DNA from: Ginglymostoma cirratum
Lineage: Eukaryota
Assembly: GCA_024137785.1 (NCBI GenBank)
Contig: JAHRHZ010000002.1
Location: 4,359,329 to 4,423,328, forward strand
Direction: 5' to 3'
DNA length: 64,000 bases
Each line of letters begins with the position of its first letter. Within the stretch, counting starts at the first letter, position 1. Shown piece by piece: positions 36,191 through 50,174 of the stretch. Under the pieces are notes generated by a model. It searched no databases, was not told the origin of the DNA, and saw only the letters and a list, made by a program, of their open reading frames with translations. A program made the position numbers and the translations under genes.

Positions 36191-39100
36191 GTCCTTCAAA
36201 ACTCTGGTGAATACTGGCCCAAATAAATCAATCTCTCCTCAGAGGACAGTCTTGCCGTCCCCAGTATCAGCCTTGTGAACCTCTGCTGCACTCTTTCTAT
36301 GGCAAGTATATTGTCTCTTAGATAGGGAGAACAAAACTGCATTATATACAATACTGCAAGTGTGCTCTCACCAAAGCACTGTGTAACTGCAGCAAGACAT
36401 CCCCATTCCTGAACCCAAATCCTCTGGTAATAAAGACCATTTGCTTTCCTAATTGCTCAGTGCACCTGTCTGATTGTATGAAGTAGAGATAAAAGGTACT
36501 GCAGAGTCTGGAGAATCCGAGATAACAAGCGTGGGGCTGGATGAACACAGCAGGCCAAGCAGCATCACAGGAGCAGGAAAACTTGAGGTTACGGGCCTAG
36601 ACCCTTCATCAGAAATGGGGGAGGGGAAGAGGGTTCTGAAATAAATAGGGAGAGAGGGGGAGGCGGATAGAGGAGAGGATAGGTGGAGAGGAGGCAGACA
36701 AGTCGAAGAGGCGGGCATGGAGGCGGGATGATGTTAGTAGATAGGAGATGGGGGTGTGGCTTGGGGTGAGAGGAAAAACAGGTTAGGGAGGTGGAAATGA
36801 GCTGGGCTGGTTTTGGGATGCGGTTGGGGGAGGGGAGATTTTGAAGCTTGTGAAATCCACATTGATACCATTGGGCTGCAGGGTTCCCAGGCTGAATATG
36901 ATTTGCTGTTCCTGCAGCCTTCGGGTGGCATCACTGTGGCATTGCAGGAGGCCCAGGATGGACATGTCTTCTGCGGAATGGGAGGGGGAGTTGAAATGGT
37001 TCGCAACTGGGAGGTGCAGTTGTTTGTTGCGAACTGAGCGCAGGTGTTCTGCAAAGCGGTCTCCAAGCCTACGCTTGGTTTCCCCGATGTAGAGGAAGCC
37101 ACAACGGGTACAGCGGATGCAGTATACCACATTGGCAGATGTTCAGGTGAACATCTGCCTGATGTGGAAAGTCTTCGTGGGGCCTGGGATTGGGGTGAGG
37201 GAGGAGGTGTGGGGGAGGGGGAACACTTCCTGCGGTTGCAGGGAAAAGTGCCGGGTGTGGTGGGGCTGGAGGGGAGTGTGGAGCGGACAAGGGAGTTGCG
37301 GAGGGAGTGGTCCCTCCGGAAGGCAGATAAGGGTGGGGAGGGAAAAATGTCTTTGGTGGTGGGGTCTGATTGCAGATGGCGGAAGTGTTGGAGGATGATG
37401 CGTTGGATCCGGAGGTTGGTGGGGTGGTACGTGAGGACGAGGGGGATTCTTTTTTGGTTATTATTGCGGGGACGGGGCGTGAGGGATGTGTTACGGGAAA
37501 TGCGGGAGACATGGTCGAGGGCGATCTCGACCACTGGAGGGGGGAAGTTGTGGTCCTTGAAGAATGAGGACATCTGAGATGTACGGGAGTGGAATGCCTC
37601 ATCCTGGGAGCAGATGCGGCGGAGGCGAAGGAATTGGGAATGGGGGATCGCATTTTTGCAGGAAGGTAGGTGGGAGGAGGTGTATTCCAGGTAGCTGTGG
37701 GAGTCAGTGGGCTTGAAATGGACATCAGTTTCTAGGTGGTTACCCGAGATGGAGACAGAGAGGTCCAGGAAGGAGAGAGAAGTGTTGGAGATGGTCCAGG
37801 TGAACTTCAGGTTGGGGTGGAAGGTGTTCGTGAAGTGGATGAACTGTTCGAGCTCCTCGTGGGAGCACGAGGCGGTGCCGATGCAGTCATCAATGTAACG
37901 GAGGAAGAGGTGGGGTTTAGGGCCAGTGTAGGTACGGAAGAGGGATTGTTCCACGTAACCTACAAAGAGGCAGGCATAGCTTGGGCCCATGCGGGTACCC
38001 ATGGCCACCCCCTTTGTCTGTAGGAAGTGGGAGGAATTGAAAGAGAAGTTGTTGAGGGTGAGGATGAGTTCGGCTAAGCGGATGAGGGTGTCGGTGGAGG
38101 GGGATTAGTCAGTTCTGCGGGACAGGAAGAAGTGGAGTGCTTTTAGGCCATCTGCATGGGGAATACAGGTGTATCGGGACTGGACGTCCATAGTAAAAAT
38201 GAGGTGTTAGGGACCGGGGAATTGGAAGTTCTGGAGGAGGTGGAGGGCGTGGGTGGTGTCACGGATGTAGGTAGGGAGTTCCTGGACCAAGGGGGTAAAA
38301 ATGGAGTCTAGGTAGGTGGAGATGAGTTCGGTGGGACAGGAGCAGGCGGAGACAATGGGTCGACCAGGGCATTCAGGTTTGTGGATTTTGGGAAGGAGAT
38401 AGAAGCGGGCAGTGCGGGGTTGGGGAACGATGAGGTTGGAGGCGGTGGGTGGGAGGTCACCTGAGGTGATGAGGTTGTGGATGGTTTGGGAGATGATGGT
38501 TTGGTGCTCGGGGGTGGGGTCATGATCCAGGGGGCGGTAGGAGGAGGTGTCAGAGAGTTAGCACCTGGCCTCAGCAATGTAGAGGTCAGTGCACCATACT
38601 ACGACTGCCCCTCCCTTGTCCGTGGGTTTTATGGTGAGGTTGGGATTGGAGCGGAGGGCTGCACGTTCTGCGGTGGAGAGGTTGGAGTGTTTGAGAGGGG
38701 TAGAGAGGTTGAGGCGATCGATGTCTCGACGGCAGTTGGAGATGAAGAGCTTGAGGGAGGGTAGGAGGCCTTGGGGTGGTGTCCAGGAGGAGGGCTCGTG
38801 TTGGAGGTGGGAGAAGGGGTCAGTAGAGGGAGGGTTAGATTCGCGGTTGGAGAAGTAAGCGTGGAGGCGGAGGCGGCGGAAAAACTGCTCAATATCCAAG
38901 CGTGAGCGGTATTCTTGATATGTGGGTGGAGGGGGACAAAGGTGAGCCCTTTACTGAGGACTGACCGTTTGCCCTCAGTAAGGGGGAGGTCTGGGGGGAT
39001 GGTGAAGACTCGGCAGGGCTCAGTGTTGCTGTCTCCTCTGGAGCTGCTGGCTGTGGAGGCAGTGGGCGGAGCATTGTCAGCGTCGGCAGTGGGCGGAGTA

Positions 39101-40600
39101 CAAGGCCAGCCAGATCCCTTTGTACATCCATACTTCCCAATCTATCACCATTTAAATAATAGTTTTCCTCTCTGTTTTTCCCACCAAAGTGTATAGCTTC
39201 ACATTTATCCACATTGTACTGCATCTGCCTTGTGTTTGCCCACTCACTCAACTTGTCTACATCACCTTTAAAGCATCCTTGCATCCTCCTCACAACTCAC
39301 AATCCTGCCCAGGATTGTTTGGAAATGTTGCATATGGTTCTCTCATCTGGGTTATTTAATTAATATAAATATATTTAATGAATAGATTGGGGCCAAGCAC
39401 TGATCCTTGCAGTAACCCACTAGTCACTGCCTGCCACTTGGAAAAGGATCCATTTACTCCCCCTCTCTGTTTCCTGTCTGTGTACCAATTTTCAATCCAT
39501 GCCAATCAAATCAAATCCTCAAATCAAACCATGTGTCTCCATTTTTCCCACCCATTTCTTATCAAAAGCCTTCTGAAAATCTAAATATACCACATCCACT
39601 GGTTCTCCCTTATCTATTACACTAGTTACATCCTCATAAAAACTCCAGTAGATATGTTAAGTATGATTTGCCTTTCATAAACTCATGCTGGTTTTCTCCA
39701 ATTCTCTTAACGCTTTCCAAGTATTCTGTTTTCACTTTTTTTTAGAATAGTCTCTAGTAATTTCCCTGCTATTGATGTTAGGCTAACTACTGTGTAATAC
39801 TCTTTTTTTTTATTCCCTCCCTTTGTAAATGTTGGGGTCACATTTGCCACCTTCCAATCTGTAGGAACTGCTCCAGAGTCTATGGAATTTTGGAAGATGA
39901 CCATCAATGCATCCAATATTTCCAGGGCCACTTTCTTTAGTACTGTATCAGGCCATGGGGATTTGCTGATCTTTAATCCCATTAATTGCCTCAGCACTAA
40001 TTTCTTGCTGATAATAATTTTCTTCAATTCCTCCCTGTTACTTGACCTGTGATTCCCTAACATTTCTAAGAAGTTATTTGTGCCCTGTTTTGTGAAGACA
40101 GGCTCAAGTACGTATTCAATTCTTCTACCATTTCTTTGTTTCTCATTACAATTTCCCCGGCTTCTGACTGTAAGGGACTTACATATGTCTTTACTAATCT
40201 TTCGTCTTCATGTAGTTTTAGAAGTTTTTACAGTAGTTTTATGTACCCTGCAATTTTACTCTTACACACTATTTTTCCCACTTGATCAAACTGTTTTGCT
40301 AAATTCTAAATTGCTCCCACTCCTCAGGCTTGCTGATTTTTCTGGTAATTTTATCAGTGTCCTCTTTCGACCTAATACTATTTATAATTTATTTTGTAAG
40401 CTACGGTTGTGCTACTTTTCTACTTTTATTTTTGTCCCAACAGGAATGAAGAACTGCTGCAATTTATGAACACGTTCTTTAAACATTAGCCATTGTCTAT
40501 CCACTGTCAATTCTTTTAGTAAGATTCCCAATCTAGCCTTGCCAGTTCACTTACCATAACTTCATAGTTCCTTTTATTTAGATTCAGACCATAGTTATGG
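36190..40600 (-). mobile_element. Degenerate CR1 hosting the Penelope element (arms 36190-36485 and 39109-40600)
   Basis: LVRAHLQYC on the left; QYNVDKCEAIHFG and DWKVANVTPTF on the right. Confidence 0.8.
36486..39108 (-). mobile_element. Penelope-like element (RT + GIY-YIG endonuclease + terminal repeat), disrupted
   Basis: AMGTRMGPSYACLFVG and RYIDD (PLE RT), IKPTDKGGAVVV, and VYCIRCTRCGFLYIGETKRRLGDRFAEH (GIY-YIG). Terminal repeat at about 36486-36720 with a mutated hammerhead motif at 36582-36615. Nested in a CR1. Confidence 0.95.
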
Positions 40601-42049
40601 ATTTGACCACACCAAATCCTGTAATCCCAGGAGACAGGAACATGGACCTCCAATAATAACGCTAAATTGCAGACAGTGCTATAATAGAACCATTATGGAG
40701 GACTGCACAATCAATCTGGGGCTGTACTTGAGAGTATGCGAATCTGTGGGTAGCAAATATGTGTTTACTAAGGAGTGAACGTACTTCGTTCTCCACCTTA
40801 ATGAAGAATTCTATCAGTCTTCCCCACCAAAACCCACCCAAGATTCTAAATTAATCCTTTCCGCACATTAGCAGTTTCACTCCCCTGACATGTTGCCCTT
40901 GAGATAGCTGCTGTAAGGAAGAGACCATCACCTACTCCTTTCTGGAATTTTCATTTGCAAAGCAGGCCTGAAAGGAGTTTTTTTTTTGCTAAGTTTCATC
41001 CCAACCAACTTGACAGTAAAAATTAAAATGTCCTCTGAGTTCAATAGGGCTATTCCCAGGGATGCAGACTGAGATACAGTGAACTGTTGCTAGAGGACCA
41101 TCAACTTGGTGTAATACATTCTTTGTCTCTCTGAAACTCCCTTGTCCTCCAGTGCAAAGAGCTGTGGATGACTAAGTGTTACAGACTGGCATGTTACCAT
41201 GTGCTGAGTAAAGCTTGCTGCAGATGCTACAAAGGCTCATTGAATAAAACAAATATGACGCTTCCACCATCATATACTGCACTAGAAACTGTGTAAAATT
41301 CCTCAGGCTGTTTGTTTAAAATGAAATGTGTGCTGTAAGTATATCCTATAGTTTATAGTGAGGTACCTCAGAATGCCACATTCTGTAATGAAACATACGG
41401 ATCTGTTTTGCAGTTTCTACAATTTACATTTGAACTACCATGTAATGTATCTTTACAAATTTTACAAATACAGTATGTCTTTGGAAAATAAAATGCACAG
41501 TGTTCTTTGCAAAACCAGATAAATGACCACCTCTTTAAGAGCTGAGGTCTCTCCCTATTAAATGGTGCTTTTTGTGTGTAACCCACAGATATTTGAGTTT
41601 GCTGCTCACTCATTCCATTTGGGATCAATTGTTAAACTGTTTTATGCTAATTTCAGTTGGGATAAGTTTGGTTATCCACTTTAAGAATTCAGAAAGTGCC
41701 TCCTTGTAAACAGACAGCTCCATTAATCTGTAAATTATAAATTAGTTTAATAAGGCTTAAGATAAAATATGGTCCCTGAGTGGATGATCCAGTCCAGTCC
41801 AGTCCCTCCAATGCTCATTGGTCATGGAATGCCTGAAGAATCGAACATGGTGTGCTCCAAGGATGACTAAGCATAGACATAAACATTGAAGAAGTCGGCA
41901 GTCAGGCCAAACAATTGTCTTGACTGCCTCCTGCCTGATGTTCAGACTTACTAATGGCCACCTTGGACATATTGAAGTGCAGTCAGGCTGATTGATATAA
42001 ATTTTGAGACCAAGTTGAATTAGGTATGATGGTATCAAATGTTATTTGT

Positions 42050-43390
42050 TTATTCCACAATGGAAGGAGACACAAAGCAGGAAACTATAGGCCAGACAGC
42101 TTGTTGCTATTGGAAGATTATTACAAGCCATGAAAGAAATTACAGCAAGGCGCTGATAAGTTCAAGGTTATCAGGCAGAGTCAACATAGTTTTGTAAAAG
42201 AGAAATGTTAAACCCACCTCAGAGTTCTTGGAGAAAGCAATGTGTTTTGTGGATAAAGGGGAACCAGTGAATGAACTGTACTTCAATTTTGGGAAGAAGT
42301 TTTATAATGTGTCAGATCAAAAGATTTTACATGAAATAAAAGCTCACAGTGAAAAGTATTGCCAATTGGAATCGATAGAAGATTGACTGGACAACTAGAA
42401 ACAGAGAGTAGACACAAATGGGTCTTTTTTTAGGTCGGCAGGATGTCTTGAGTGGCATGCCATGGGGATCTGTACTGTGACCTCAATAGTATACATTTTT
42501 TACAAGTAGTATAGGTATTGCCAAATTTGCTGTTGATGCAAAAATAAGTAGGAAAGTAGCTTTTCATGAGGATATAAGGAGATTGTGATACATTAAGTGA
42601 GGAGGCGAAGATCTCATAAATGAAATATAATGCGGGAAAATGTGAAATTGTCCATTTTGGAAACAGAATAAAAAATAATTCTATGATCTAAATGGTCAGA
42701 GGTTGCAGAGCATTGAGATGCAGAGAATCTGGGTGTCCTAATGCAATAATCACAAAAGGTTAGTAGATAGGAACAAGTAATTAGGAGGGCTAATAGAATG
42801 TTCTAATTTATTGCAAGGGGAATTAAATACAAAAGTAAAGAAATGCTGCTTCAGTTATACAAAGTTCTGGTGAGACTGCACCTGGAGCATTGTTCACGGT
42901 ATTGGTCATGATATTTAAGGAAGGATGTAAATGCATTGGAGGCAATTCAGAGGAGGCTTACTAGACCTAAACCTGGAATGGTGTGTGTTACCTTTTGTGG
43001 GAAGGTTTGTATCTGCTAGTTTAGAAAAGTAAGAGGTGATGATTGAAATATATAAGATCCTGAGCGCTCTTGATAGAGTATATGTAGAGGGGGCATTTCC
43101 TTTTGTGAGAGAATAGAGAACTGGGGATCACTGTTTAAAAGTCAGGGATCTCTTAGTTAAAGTGGAGATTAAGAAAAATGTTTTTCTATCAGAAGGTTGT
43201 GAGTCTATGGAAATGTCTCTCTAAAAATGGTGGCGGAAGCAGGCTCCTTGAATATTTTCAAGACAGAGGTGGATAGATTCTTGTTGATCAAGGGGATAAA
43301 AGATTATCAGAGTAGATGGGACCGTGAATTTGAAGTTACAGTTAGAAACAGTCATGATCTTACTGATAGGCGGAGCAAGCTCGAAAGAAG
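42050..43390 (+). mobile_element. Degenerate CR1
   Basis: RT/3' nucleotide motifs shared with the other CR1 copies (ggaaactataggcca, gccaaatttgctg.tga, tgtgaaattgtccattttgg). Confidence 0.75.
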
Positions 43391-43399
43391 AAAATAAAT

Positions 43400-46300
43400 A
43401 GGAGCAGCAATAGACCATTCAGCCCCTCAAGCCTGACCCATGATTCAACAAGATTTGATCTGATCCAGGCCTCAATTCTTTGATATTTCAAAAGCCTGTC
43501 TACGTCCTCTTTAAACACTTACAGTCACCTAGCAGAGACAACTCTCCAGGGTAGAGAATTCCATACATTACTAGCCTCTGGGAGAAGAAAGTCCTTTCTA
43601 TCTCAGTTTTAAGTGAGTGTCCGTTCTTCTCTCACTTGTGGAAACATCTTCTCAACATTTATCCAAACAAGCGCTATCAGAATCTTGCAGATTTTAATAA
43701 TTTTGTTCTCATTCTTCTAAACTTGAATGAAAGAAGTCTAACGTTTTTGTTCATTCATGACAAGTGAACCCCGTCATACCAGGAATCAGCCGAGTGAATC
43801 TCTTTTGAACTGTCTCCAATGTCAGTATATTCTTTCTTAAATACAGGGACCAAAACTATACACAGTGCTCCAGGTATGGCCTCTTCAACACCATGTACAG
43901 TTATAACAAGACCACCCTATGTTTAAACTCCAAGCCCCTTGCACTAAAGACCAAAATCCCATTTGCCTTCTTCATTACTTGCTGCACCTGCATGCTAATG
44001 TTTTGTGCTTTCTAGAAATACAAGATGTTAGCATGCACAAGAAAGCCCAGATCCCTCTGTTACTGCAATTATTTGGAGTTTAAATAATAATCTGACTTTT
44101 GATTCTTCCTATCAAAGTCCATGACCTCACACTTTCCTTCACTAAATTACATCTGTCATGTTTTTGCTCACTCACTCAAACTATTAACATCCCCATGCAG
44201 ATTTCTCACTTCCTCATCACAACATGTCCTCTCACCAATTTTTGTATCATCAGCAATTTGGACATTTACACTCTGCTCCCTCCTCAAAGTCATTAATATG
44301 GATAACAAATAATTGAGGCCTGAGGATTGATCCTGTGGTACTACCACTAGTGATGTCTTTCCAACCTGAAAAAGACCATTAATCTCAAATGTCTGTCTTC
44401 TATGTGTGTTAACCAATCCTTAGTCCATGCTAATACATTACTCTTCATACCATGAGATACTACCTTGATCAAAATCCTCAGCAAATGCGTTCTGGAAATC
44501 CAAATACACTACATCTACTAGTTCACCTTTATCAATTCTGCATGTTATATCCTCAAAGAACTCTGACAAATTTGTCAAACATGATTTCCCTTTCTCAAAA
44601 TCATGTTGTCGCTGTTTGACTGCTTTAAGCAATCTATCCAACAACAGAGATGAGACTAACTGGCTTATAACTTCCTGATTTCTGATTTTCTCTTTTCTTG
44701 AACAGAAAAGTCACATTAATAGTTTCCAATTCACTAAATTAACCTCTTGGAATCTTGTGAGTTCTGGAATATTTCCACTAATACTTCCACTATCTCTGCA
44801 GTCTCTTTCTTTAAAACCCTTGGATGCAGATCATCAGGTCCTGGTGAGGTTCCTGTCTTCAGTCCCATTAGTTTGTCAAATACCTTATCTCTCATGATAG
44901 AGATTGTTACAAGATCTTTCCTCCCATTAGTATTTTGCTTATCTGTTATCTTTGGATGTTAATAGTGTCCTCTACATTGAAGACCAATGCAAAATATTGT
45001 TTTAACTTATTGGCCATTTTCCTATTCTTTTGTCAGCTCCCCAGTTTTGTCCCCAAAGGGTTATATTCTTACTTTAGGTATTTTCTTTATATATACCTGT
45101 AGAAGATCTTGATGTTTTGTTTCCATATTTCTTGCTAATTTACTTTCATAATCAATTTTCTCCCTCTAAATTAGTTTTTTAGTCATCTGCTGCTTGCTCC
45201 TTAAAAACTTTCCAATCCTCTGGCCTACCGTAAATTTTTACCACTTTGTATACTTTTTTTTGTATTGGATACTCTCCTTTAGTGCCTTTTTTAACTACAG
45301 GTGGTTCATCCTTCTCATTGAAGCCTTCTTTTTGACCTGAATTAACATTCTCTGAGCATTATGAAATATTCCCTAAATTTCTGCCACTGCTCAACGCTGA
45401 CACCAATACTGGGGAATGAGAGCTGTTCTCACGCAACGGGCTTCATTTGAACCATGATGAGACCTTTTCCAGGCCAATTTGCACAACTCTTTCTTCATAT
45501 TTCTGTACATTGAGGAAACTGGTTTGCACTCCTTCAAACTGAATTTGAAATTTTACTATGTTATGATCACAATCCCCTAGAGAGTCATTAACTTTGAGAT
45601 CTCTTATCAATCCTACTTCATTACACATTGCTAGATCTAAACTAACGTGTTCCTGTGTAGGCTGTGCAATGTCGTGCTCTAAGAAACAATTCCTGATGTA
45701 TTCTACAAACTCAGCTTCCATGTTACCCTTGATTACCTGATTTGTCCAGTTGATATGCAGATTAAAATCATCCAAGACAATTGTAGTGCTCTTCTTATAC
45801 AGCACCATTATTTCTGAATTTATACTTTATCCCTATCAGTGAGACAACTCTTTGGGAGCCTATATATGACTGCCACCCTTGCTATTCCTATTTCTACCCT
45901 AACTGATTCCATATCATGAACTATTGAACCTATAACACACTACTCACCATTATAATTTAATGATCCTTTATTAAAAAAGCTGGTCCATTACCTATTCCTT
46001 TTTGCCTATTTTCCTAGAACACTGAATACTCTTGAATATTTAATTACCAGTCTTATCCACCTTGCACAACATCTCCATAGTTGCCATCAAGTCATATTCA
46101 TTTATTTCTGTTTGTGTTATCAAGTCATCTATCTGGCTATAAATGCTGCGTGCATTTAGATTATAAGCCTTAAGCTTTAAGGATTCGCCATTATTACACA
46201 CATTGGTTCTAACATCTGTTATTATCTTATGTTATCATGTTTTAGACTCCTTCCTGTCACACTTTGATTATTGTTCACCTTGGCACTAACCTGCACTCTG

Positions 46301-46780
46301 CTCTCTCTTTTCTTCTTGATTTTTTTCAATTGAATCGTCCCACCCCTCCATTAATTAGTTTATCTGCAACCCTTGTTATATAATTCGCCAGGACACTGGT
46401 CCCATCATGGCTCAAATGAAGTCCATTGCAAGAGAACAGTTCTCTTTCCCCAGTACTGGTGTCAGTACCCCGTAAACCAGAATCCATGTCACCCACATCA
46501 ATCTGTGAGACACACATTTACCTGTCTAATGTTGTTAACCCTATGACAAATTTGCATGTGGCTCAGGTAGTAATCTGGAGATTATTACTTTGTGTTCTGC
46601 TTTCTAATTTAGCTCTGAGATGTTCATAAGCCCTCAGCTGAACTTCTTTTCCTAGTCCTACCTATGTTGTTGGTATCTGCACAGACTGTGGCAACTGGAT
46701 CCTTCTCTCTTTCCAGGTTCCTTTCCGGCTTTGATTTGATATTCTGAATTTTGATACCAGCTTTCAGGCCTCTGTCTTTG
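43400..46780 (-). mobile_element. Degenerate long CR1 (ORF1 end, endonuclease, RT)
   Basis: DGTSVLANYI, LDDFNLHINW, GKSCLTNLSEFFE...VYLDFQNAF, IADDTKIG. Confidence 0.85.
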
Positions 46781-49597
46781 CTGCAGTGAACGGTATCAAA
46801 AGCAAGAACCTTGTACTAATTCAACAAGGGCACTGGCTGAAACTCCTCAAAAGCTAAATTCTGGATCTCATTCTTGCCCCACTCATCGTCACATCCTCCT
46901 ACTGCAATTTGCCAAAAGCTCTGCTTCAGCTCCTTCCACATGTGTTTGCTGAGGAAAGCCTTGTAATTGGCTCCTTATTATTCCTAGTGAATTAGTTCAC
47001 TACATCTTAATTGTAGAGAGATATATAGCCTTACACTAGAAAAGAATTTTAAACATTTGTTGATACTACCTGAGCAGCTTGACAAGAGCAGAATTGATTC
47101 ACCCTCCTCACCTGGTCATGACAATATGATCTAGGTTCTTAAACTTTCCTACCCCATACCCCTTGCCATTGGCTCAGTCTCCATATGCAAATACCTTCCC
47201 AGCCAATTAGAAAGGGAACTGATACTTCATCACCGAATAGGATTAATTTTGACTGTTAGAGAAAGTATTTTCCCCCATCTCCAATACAGTATTTGTATAA
47301 CTTAGAAATGAAAATCTTCATAGAAGTATATCTCCCATAATTTTGGTGAATGGCTCTCAGATTTGAATCCAAGTTTTTGAAGGTTGACAATCAACTTGTT
47401 TGGCTGTGTTGTGGACACATATGCCATGGCCATCAAGTCCTGGAGATGGGGCTTGAATCAGGAGCCTCTGGCTCAGAGGATGGAGTGCTACCCACTGCAC
47501 AACATTGTCCTCAGTTAGAGAAAGGCATTGGATAGTATACAATGCATTCTGAGCAGTATCCCACAAATGAAAAAATTAAAACAAGTCCAAAACAAGTCCA
47601 AGATCCCAGCCATCACCTGTCATTTCTATATGAAGTTCGGCAACTATTAAAAGACTTGTTGAATAAAACAGAAGTTTGCAGTGAAGACTGAGATATTAAT
47701 AGTGATAAGCTACCACCAGGGCATTGCTGATTAACAATTCAAACACTTTAGTAGCGTGTGGAGAGAATTCAGGTTAAGAGGTTGATAGCCTTAGGACAGA
47801 ACTCTTCAAACAATTCAACCTCTTGTCAGCACTGGTAACATCATACAACTTTATCTGGCAGTGAATTATCATGATTTGGGGTTATATTACTTCTGTAACT
47901 TGTCATTTATGGTAGTTTTTGAAAATTTTCTCATGGAAATTATTTGGAAACAAGTACCTTTTTTAAGAGACTGTGTAATATCAAAGTTTAAGATGATAGT
48001 TCTGCAACAATCGGTCAGTAAGATATTTAATAGCCAAAAATTCTGCTCCTTTTTCATGGACTGTACATGGCAAGCCACTTACATGCTTATTACAGCAATT
48101 GAAAACAAAAACTTCACATTCTTTGATTTATTTTTGGCTGTGAATAGCTAAATATAAAATAGAGGTTAGAATACAGATGTGCAAAGTAAGAGAGAGGTGA
48201 ATGAGGGCACAGCCCTGGCAGTTAGGTAGCAAAGGACTGAGAAGGATGAAATACAGGTACAAGAGAAATGACTCAGAATTAGTTGCATAAACTACACGAC
48301 TCAGTGAAGGGAGGCCAGCCTAGCAAGTTCATTTGTATTGTGCAAATTTTTATGATCTTGACATTATTGTAATTGTTCTGGATTGTACAACCACTAAGAT
48401 CAAGCAGAATAACAATGTATATCATATCTCATTATACCGCCTTTCTGGTGTTCGAATGAGCGCATATATATATAAACGACACATCTCCAGTTTAGCCCTA
48501 GCCTGCTCTTGGCTTTTAATTTCCTACCTCTTCAAAAACCTTCCAACCAATCGTGTTCAACTTTTACCAGGGCCTTACTGTCAATACTAAAATTGGTCTC
48601 TTCCAGAAATTGTTGCACGATCATTTTAATCAGTAAATGCACATTGAGCTTTATTGAATTGACCCGGATTTTTCAGGTCTATGTGTGACAGTGTTAGGAC
48701 TCGGCTTCGTTAAGGAGGAAATCAGCATCACTGCACATTGCCTACATAAGTGTAATAAAGTGCTAAAGTCAGAAAGGTCTGATTTGCATTGCTTCTCTCA
48801 AGCTTTGCTACAATGACGAAGTCATAGACAGTCTCGGAACTAATTAAAACACGAAAGATATGAAGTTACAGCACTTCTTAACAACAAGTTCATTAAATGA
48901 ACCAGAAAGGGATTGGTCTGGTCAAGACTAAGTGGACTTTTACCAGTACGAAAAGTCTTAATAATCATTTTGGAACTGAAAATTGACTTATGGAAGTGTG
49001 GAGTCCCATTCCTTCAGATTTTACTTAATATTGGAGATTTTTCAAAAATCCGTTTTACTTTTTTCTTTCAGTCTCGTTTATCTATTTGATGACATATTTC
49101 TTCTACTGTTAATGTAAAATTATGTACATACAATATTCTACACGTCCAGGTGTAGACTATGTTTCGGAGAGGATTGATCAGGCGATTGGTTAAGAGATAT
49201 GCGGTTGCTCGACCCGATCCTAAATGTTACAGATTTCGTGCTGAATAGGATCTTTAAATACAGGCGGTATGAGAACTCTGTGTCTTTGTTGGCGAGCACA
49301 AAATCCAGAGTAATACCTTTCAAGATTTCCTATGACTGGAAAGTCCAGGACAATTTAAATGAGAAAAGATTCTAAGGGAAAAAAAACTTGGCGTTACTGT
49401 GACCTGTGCTTCAAATAGAATCGGGAGGGACGGAACACATTGGCTGTAACGCCATGGAAAGAAAATCAGTAACACCACAATGTCCCCAGTGAGATCACGG
49501 TTACTGATATAAATAAAAGAACTCCCGGTCTGCACTTCCTGTGATAAGAGGGCAGGTATTGATAATTATAAGTTATTTATGTTGCTTTATAACTTAC

Positions 49598-49664
49598 ATT
49601 TTCCAGCCCAGCCTCCTTGAATTAAAACCAGCACCAACACGGAAAAGTAATTCCTCGCTTCCAT
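49598..49664 (-). CDS. DAA: MHC class II alpha chain, exon 1 (signal peptide)
   Basis: Not in the ORF track. The reverse complement reads ATG...MEARNYFSVLVLVLIQGGWAGK + T, then a GTAAGT donor (49597-49592). 67 nt, phase 1; joins exon 2 as T|AT = Tyr. Hydrophobic leader downstream of an X-Y promoter. Confidence 0.93.
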
Positions 49665-49818
49665 TCTGAGCTTCTCGATTCTCTGAGATGCGACAGTCTT
49701 CACCCAGTGCCAGCTCCTCTTGGATTGCTGTGTTTCTCTCCCACACGTTAGGTTTCTAGCTCACTCACTGGAGTGATGTATTATTTGGGTAATTGACATG
49801 TGGTTTGGAGTTAATAAA

Positions 49819-49859
49819 CCAATCACACATCGAGATCTCCTCCATCAGCTGTTTCCAGG
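49819..49859 (-). promoter_or_regulatory. Class II alpha promoter X box and Y box
   Basis: Minus strand CCTGGAAACAGCTG (X1-like, 49859-49846), a 19-bp spacer, then GTGATTGG(TT) (Y box, 49826-49819), about 155 bp upstream of the ATG. Matches the known RFX/NF-Y X-Y module and its ~20-bp spacing. Confidence 0.85.
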
Positions 49860-50174
49860 CGAAATACAAGCCAGCTCCGAATTTTTCTGAGCTCTGAGTT
49901 TTATTCGAGAATGAATAGCAGTGAGATGAAGATATTTTGTGTGGAGATCTTTGGATGTGAAGAAATATCTGTTTACTTGTGTTGAACTAAAAAGAGTTTG
50001 GTTAATGTCACCAGTGTCTTCTGATTTCATCCATGTCTATTCCAAATTCTCAGCTGAAAGCCCCACAGCTATCCATTTACTTTAACAGTATTTACCGGAG
50101 TTGAAAACGGAAAATTATAGAAGTACTCAACAGATCAACCAGGAGAGAGAAAAACAGAGCTAATAATTCAGGTT

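Noticed and set aside
36813-38858. Multiple plus-strand ORFs
   Set aside because: They are antisense shadows of the GC-rich Penelope ORF.
40860-42040. Possible Tx1-like LINE and integrase remnants
   Set aside because: Too decayed to assign or bound without a search.
49149-49191. Inverted Y-like GATTGGTT in alpha intron 1 (possible distal X-Y module)
   Set aside because: No X-box match at the expected 19-21-bp distance.
49872-49878. Possible S/W box (GGAGCTG) upstream of the alpha X box
   Set aside because: Weak match, and 12-bp spacing instead of about 16. No convincing S box was found for the beta promoter either.
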